A model generated the notes under the pieces. It did not search any database. It saw only the letters and a program-made list of their open reading frames with translations, and was not told the DNA's origin. A DNA stretch of 64,000 bases from a virus (taxonomy: Duplodnaviria > Heunggongvirae > Uroviricota > Caudoviricetes). The DNA is taken from IMG/VR virus record IMGVR_UViG_3300032167_005013. The stretch is one strand, 5' to 3'. The translations under genes and the position numbers were made by a program. This document shows positions 59,290 through 64,000 of this stretch, piece by piece. Numbering within the stretch: position 1 is the first letter of the stretch; each line of letters starts with the position of its first letter.

Positions 59290-59664
59290 TTAATCAACTT
59301 TTGTTCCTTTCTGTTGGATTATACTGAATTCCGTCATGTTCATGCAATGCCAATGTTTATCAGGAACGGTTCTGAGATTGTCAATATCAATTATATCCTC
59401 TACATCAATAACATAGACACCGGTTTCTTTATGGCAAATCCCACATCTTGTTTCATAGATAACATGAGGATGTTCATCCTCATTTGCAAATAAATATTCT
59501 TTTACTCTATACTCCCTGCCATAGGGGTGATTACAAAGCCTGAAAGTTCTCCTGAACCACCTTAAGACATCCCATTCAAAATCAATCATATCCACAAAAA
59601 GACTAATGAACAAATATATTACAACCCCCAAAAACAATAGGCTGAAAAAGAAATCCCAAAACAT
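59290..59664 (-). CDS. membrane-anchored hypothetical protein
   Basis: N-terminal TM. Confidence 0.6.
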   Translation of the reverse strand: MFWDFFFSLLFLGVVIYLFISLFVDMIDFEWDVLRWFRRTFRLCNHPYGREYRVKEYLFANEDEHPHVIYETRCGICHKETGVYVIDVEDIIDIDNLRTVPDKHWHCMNMTEFSIIQQKGTKVD

Positions 59665-59720
59665 AATTCAAGTTATTTTACCTATATAAATATAATGTTT
59701 AAAGAGTTCCTATTCAAGTT

Positions 59721-60404
59721 TTATCTCAGTATTTCTACCACTATATTAAATCTATCTTCGTATTCAAGGCATGAATGAGTTAAACTCCTCTTAAGTTTCA
59801 GAGGGTCATAGGAACCTTCCTGCAAATCTGAAATACATAAACTACAATCAGAGATACCATACAACTCTGTTCTACTAATTGGGTTGTAAAGTGTTACGGC
59901 AGTACATTCAACTTCTCCGAAAGACGTTAGTCTTCTTAAGCGATAACAACTCGCAGTGCGTGGCTCTTCAATTACCTTGAAAGGTATAGAGTCGTCAAGA
60001 ATTGAATTAAGTTTTGACAAATCTTCCACTTCGTATCTTCCTGAGGTGCGTTCGATTACATATGTGTTTCTGAAAAAATCATCATACATCTCAGCGAACA
60101 TCTCTTCACCGACATCAGGCCATTCGCCATAAGGCTTTATGTCGTGAAGATGGATTATACGAAGTTCAAGAAGGTTATAAAATCTCACCTGAACACAACC
60201 GTCACCTCTGAATTCTTCTGACCAATCAAAATCATCATCTTTCTTAATGTTATATTCTTTATCATACATTACAATATACCACTCCTCCTGCCTTTCATTG
60301 ATTTGATTACAACGATAAAATGTGGCATTTTCAGGAATATTCTTCAATTCCCCGTCCCAATCGTCGCCATAAGCATATGCCTGTCTAAATCTATAATCCG
60401 CCAT
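59721..60404 (-). CDS. hypothetical protein
   Basis: 227 aa ORF. Confidence 0.7.
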   Translation of the reverse strand: MADYRFRQAYAYGDDWDGELKNIPENATFYRCNQINERQEEWYIVMYDKEYNIKKDDDFDWSEEFRGDGCVQVRFYNLLELRIIHLHDIKPYGEWPDVGEEMFAEMYDDFFRNTYVIERTSGRYEVEDLSKLNSILDDSIPFKVIEEPRTASCYRLRRLTSFGEVECTAVTLYNPISRTELYGISDCSLCISDLQEGSYDPLKLKRSLTHSCLEYEDRFNIVVEILR

Positions 60405-60406
60405 AT

Positions 60407-61024
60407 TTAATTTCCCTTTATAAATTTAACTGTACCGTCAACATTTATACGATATTCTTCACCATTAACTGTATATGTATATCCCTCTAAGTGTTTTTTA
60501 AAAACCTGTGCAACAACGTCAGCCAATGTTTCTTCGCTATCAGTTATAAACATAGGCGCCCCAAAACGTTTTACAACATATTCTTTTCTTGGAAACTTAT
60601 GTGGTACGACAACGTCTCCAACTTCATGAAGTTGATAGTCAACTGAAAACAGTTCATCAATTTCTTCAAGTATGAACACACCTAATAGGTCATATTTCCT
60701 ATAAAAACCCCAAGTGCTTTTTTCAACTGGAGGAATTACCTCCACACAATATTTTTCAGCGTATGCCCATAAGAGTCTATAAAGCGATTTATAATACCCC
60801 ATATTATCGTCATTAAAACGCTTATAATATTCAGCGCTATCATATTTCTCCTTTAATTTATAAAGGAACGCAATCTTCTCCTCATTTGACATCGAGTGAA
60901 ATTTCTCAATGTATTTTTCATTGATTGATTCCACATGAGCCATATGCGCTTTTTCTTGCTGAAGACGGATTTTGCCCTCTTCACTTTCAAGATATTCTTT
61001 CAACTGTTCACTCAATTTTCCCAT
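60407..61024 (-). CDS. hypothetical protein
   Basis: 205 aa ORF. Confidence 0.7.
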   Translation of the reverse strand: MGKLSEQLKEYLESEEGKIRLQQEKAHMAHVESINEKYIEKFHSMSNEEKIAFLYKLKEKYDSAEYYKRFNDDNMGYYKSLYRLLWAYAEKYCVEVIPPVEKSTWGFYRKYDLLGVFILEEIDELFSVDYQLHEVGDVVVPHKFPRKEYVVKRFGAPMFITDSEETLADVVAQVFKKHLEGYTYTVNGEEYRINVDGTVKFIKGN

Positions 61025-61560
61025 AACACCCCAAAATTAACAAAACAACATCAAAAAACCAATAACAGTATAGATGAGTCCCAAAGCAAAGGTCAGCCAA
61101 CACTGTTGTTTCTCAACTGCGCTAAGTTGTGAGAATACGGTAACGTCTTTCAAATACGTCACCGCCACCACATAACATAAAACCGCAAGTAACATACAGA
61201 TAAATGATGCGAGTATATCAAAAAATGCCATAAATTAGTCTATTTTAATATTATATAAATCTTCAATAACCTCTTTAATCTCATCCTGAGGGAAAATATC
61301 AAAACATTCAGAAAAGCACAGATGGTCAGCAACATGCTTTTTCAAGAATTCAGTCTGATGATAAGCACTTAAGTCAGTAAAAAGGTCTTCAATATCAACC
61401 TCGATAGTTGTCTTAAATTTTGTCATAACTTTTTTCTAAAATTTCTTTAACATCATTGTCTACTGCAAATACCGTGCCAAACTTTTCAAGTTCTTCAATT
61501 CCTTTTTTTGTTAATCTTGTACTTTCTTTCCTGCCAAGACGTATTTGCTGCTTAATAGCA

Positions 61561-62451
61561 TTAATAATTGTCATGTCTTTCAGCAAGTTTAATAAGATAT
61601 TGTCCATATGGATTATTTTTCATACCCATACCAAGTTCCATAAGTTTCTCCCTATCAATCCAATCATTGTTGTAGGCAATCTCCTCAAGGCAAGCAATTT
61701 TCTGTCCCTGCCTCTTTTCAAGTACCTCGATATAAGTTGATGCCTCCGAGAGAGAATCATGTGTTCCGGTATCAAGCCAAGCAAAACCTCTCCCCAACAC
61801 TTCAACATGAAGCCTCTCTTCTTCAAGATAATGCTGATTCACTGCAGTTATTTCAAGTTCGCCTCTTGCTGATGGCTTAATTGTCTTTGCTACTTCAACA
61901 ACCGAATTTGGATAAAAATATAAACCGGGGACAGCATAATTTGATTTTGGGTTAACCGGTTTCTCTTCAAGAGAAATGGCGAAAGCATTATCACTGAGTT
62001 CAACAACACCATATCTACTAGGGTCGTCAACATAATATCCGAAAATGGAGGCGTAGCCACAATCAACCCATAATTTCGCTGTTTCAAGATTATGAGTAAA
62101 ACCCGCACCGTGAAAAACGTTATCGCCAAGAATAAGACAGACATCATCATCACCGATGAACTCCTCGCCAATTATAAACGCCTGTGCAATTCCATCAGGA
62201 GACGGCTGTTCCGCATATTCAAAACGAACACCATAATCGCTTCCGTCGCCAAGGAGTCGTTTAAACCCCGGCAAATCCTGAGGCGTCGATATAATCAATA
62301 TATCCTTAATACCCGCCAACATCAATACGGATATCGGATAATAGCAAGTTGGTTTGTCATAAATTGGAATTAACTGCTTAGATATTCCTTTGGTTATCGG
62401 GTGGAGTCTCGTTCCTGCCCCACCGCAGAGACATATTCCTTTCATAATCAA
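61561..62451 (-). CDS. rfbA: glucose-1-phosphate thymidylyltransferase
   Basis: [50 protein letters not shown]. Confidence 0.95.
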   Translation of the reverse strand: MIMKGICLCGGAGTRLHPITKGISKQLIPIYDKPTCYYPISVLMLAGIKDILIISTPQDLPGFKRLLGDGSDYGVRFEYAEQPSPDGIAQAFIIGEEFIGDDDVCLILGDNVFHGAGFTHNLETAKLWVDCGYASIFGYYVDDPSRYGVVELSDNAFAISLEEKPVNPKSNYAVPGLYFYPNSVVEVAKTIKPSARGELEITAVNQHYLEEERLHVEVLGRGFAWLDTGTHDSLSEASTYIEVLEKRQGQKIACLEEIAYNNDWIDREKLMELGMGMKNNPYGQYLIKLAERHDNY

Positions 62452-62589
62452 TTAGTTATATAGATTTTCGTTATAATCAAATAAGTTATTCCACATTGTT
62501 AAAGATGTAGTGTCAAGCACCGTATGTAAAATTCTAAGAAAATCTACCTTTCCTATATTTTACTTCTTATTTCAACGAACCACTGCTTT

Positions 62590-63789
62590 TTAGAAGGCAT
62601 TGCCTCGGTCATCCACAGTTAGGTTCTCCATAAGCGTATATTCGGTGCTACGGACACCTATTATTCTTTCTCCCTCTAATAAGATATTCATCGCTGCATT
62701 TATATCCCTGTCATGATGTTCGCCACATTGTGGACATGTCCATTCCCTGTCACTTAACTTCAAATCATGTTTCTTATATCCACAAACTGAACATGTTTTA
62801 CTGCTTGGATAGAATCTATCAACAAATATTACTTGTTTTCCGTTATTGAATGCTTTATCAACAAGTATTGATTTAAATCTATAAAATCCTACTTCTTGTA
62901 TCGCTTTCGCTAACTTATGATTCTTTAACATTCCACTAACATTTAAGTCTTCCATGAAGATTACATCATAATATATAAGCAATTCATTTACTACACTATG
63001 AATATAATTCTCTTTCTGATTGTTTAACTTCTCAAATGCCTTTGCAAGTTTGATTCTTGCTTTATTTCTGTTATTAGAACCTTTTTGTTTCTTTGATAAT
63101 TGATGTTGGAGTTTTGCTATCTTCTGTTCTTGTAATTTATAGAAATGTTTATTTTCAAACACTTCACCATCACTTGTAATTACAAAATCTTTAACTCCTA
63201 AGTCAATACCAACATGTTCATCAGTTAATTTGAATTTAACAACTTCTTCATTTGGTAACTCAATTAAGATAGATAAGAAGAAATTACCACTCTTGGTTTT
63301 CGATAAGGTAGCACTTCTTATTCCATCACGATATTGTCTGAGTCTGTTGTGATTCAAATCAGAACATCTGAAACGAATATCTTTTAAAGGTTGTGTCAAC
63401 GTTATTTTTCTTGTTTCAAATGTATTCTTCTTTGAAATCGCTTCAAGTGGGAATAACGCTGACTGTTTATCTTTTTTACTTTTGAATTTTGGGAAACCAT
63501 TATGTTGTTTAAAGAACTTCTCATAAGCAGATAGCATCTGCCTTATTGACTGTTTCATTATCTTTGTGTTTTCTTCTTTCAACCATGAGTATTGTTCATC
63601 CTTCAATAGTTCATTATGAAAATACTTTGATAAATCAGTTAAACCTAATGATTTCTTATTTTCAGTATATTCTTGTTGTTTACGAGCAAGTGTTTGATTA
63701 TAAACAAAACGGTAACACCCCAATACTTTATTCAGTTTCAGTTCTTGCTCCTTATTTGGATATAATCTTATTTTAATTGCTCTTAACAT
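62590..63789 (-). mobile_element. tnpB: Solo TnpB (IS200/IS605/IS607 family RNA-guided nuclease)
   Basis: KIRLYPNKEQ HTH, GIDLGVKD (RuvC-I), MEDLNV (II), PSSKTCSVCG..CPQCG..DRDINAA (Zn/III); no tnpA immediately adjacent. Confidence 0.9.
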
Positions 63790-64000
63790 TATTCTTTTTA
63801 TATTTCTCCTAAAATTATTTTTCTTTGTATTTCGTAGTTAACTCGATGATTTCAGTTTTTTGGGATAATCTATCACTAAGTTCTTTACTTATCTCGTGTA
63901 ACATTTTATTAATATATGGTTCATCATTAATGTATCCGTTTTTCTTTAAATCATCATACATTTCCTTTGTGAACTCTGCCATATCGCTATTCCCCCATAT

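Noticed and set aside
689-63776. Numerous short antisense or alternate-frame ORFs in the track
   Set aside because: They overlap better-supported genes and have no promoter or start context.
1-64000. TAG stop-codon recoding as in some gut megaphages
   Set aside because: Long conserved genes are uninterrupted in code 11, and TAG ends genes at natural positions (e.g. 13772, 20943).

Overview
This 64 kb window looks like part of a large (jumbo-type) phage genome in the standard genetic code, probably infecting Bacteroidota. The host inference rests on TTTG..TAnnTTTG promoters, A-rich starts without Shine-Dalgarno, and TonB/PnuC genes. Layout: (1) 1-3.65 kb, a DUF2828 vWA/TROVE-like gene, a macro-like gene, DUF1848 and a HAD gene; (2) a repeat/G-rich boundary at 3.7-4.0 kb; (3) a ~25 kb array of small genes, almost each with its own sigma54-type -24/-12 box (TGGCAY-N5-TTGC) plus a conserved leader, interspersed with a 16-bp GTACTC-N4-GAGTAC palindrome; (4) a tRNA/ncRNA cluster (25.4-35.7 kb) with HNH endonucleases, two tRNAs carrying 76-78 nt anticodon-loop insertions, several tRNA-like RNAs and three copies of a stem-YACAGCAA RNA motif; (5) a mostly minus-strand block with GIY-YIG, RNA ligase, MFS, PnuC, a truncated TonB receptor, macro, ThyX, a phosphoesterase, RmlA and a solo TnpB. 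The sharpest observation is an EcoRI-family adenine methyltransferase whose C-terminus lies on a segment bounded by perfect 18-bp inverted repeats. The opposite strand of that segment encodes an alternative in-frame C-terminus, so this is a candidate mini-shufflon. All family calls come from motif recognition by eye; no searches were run.
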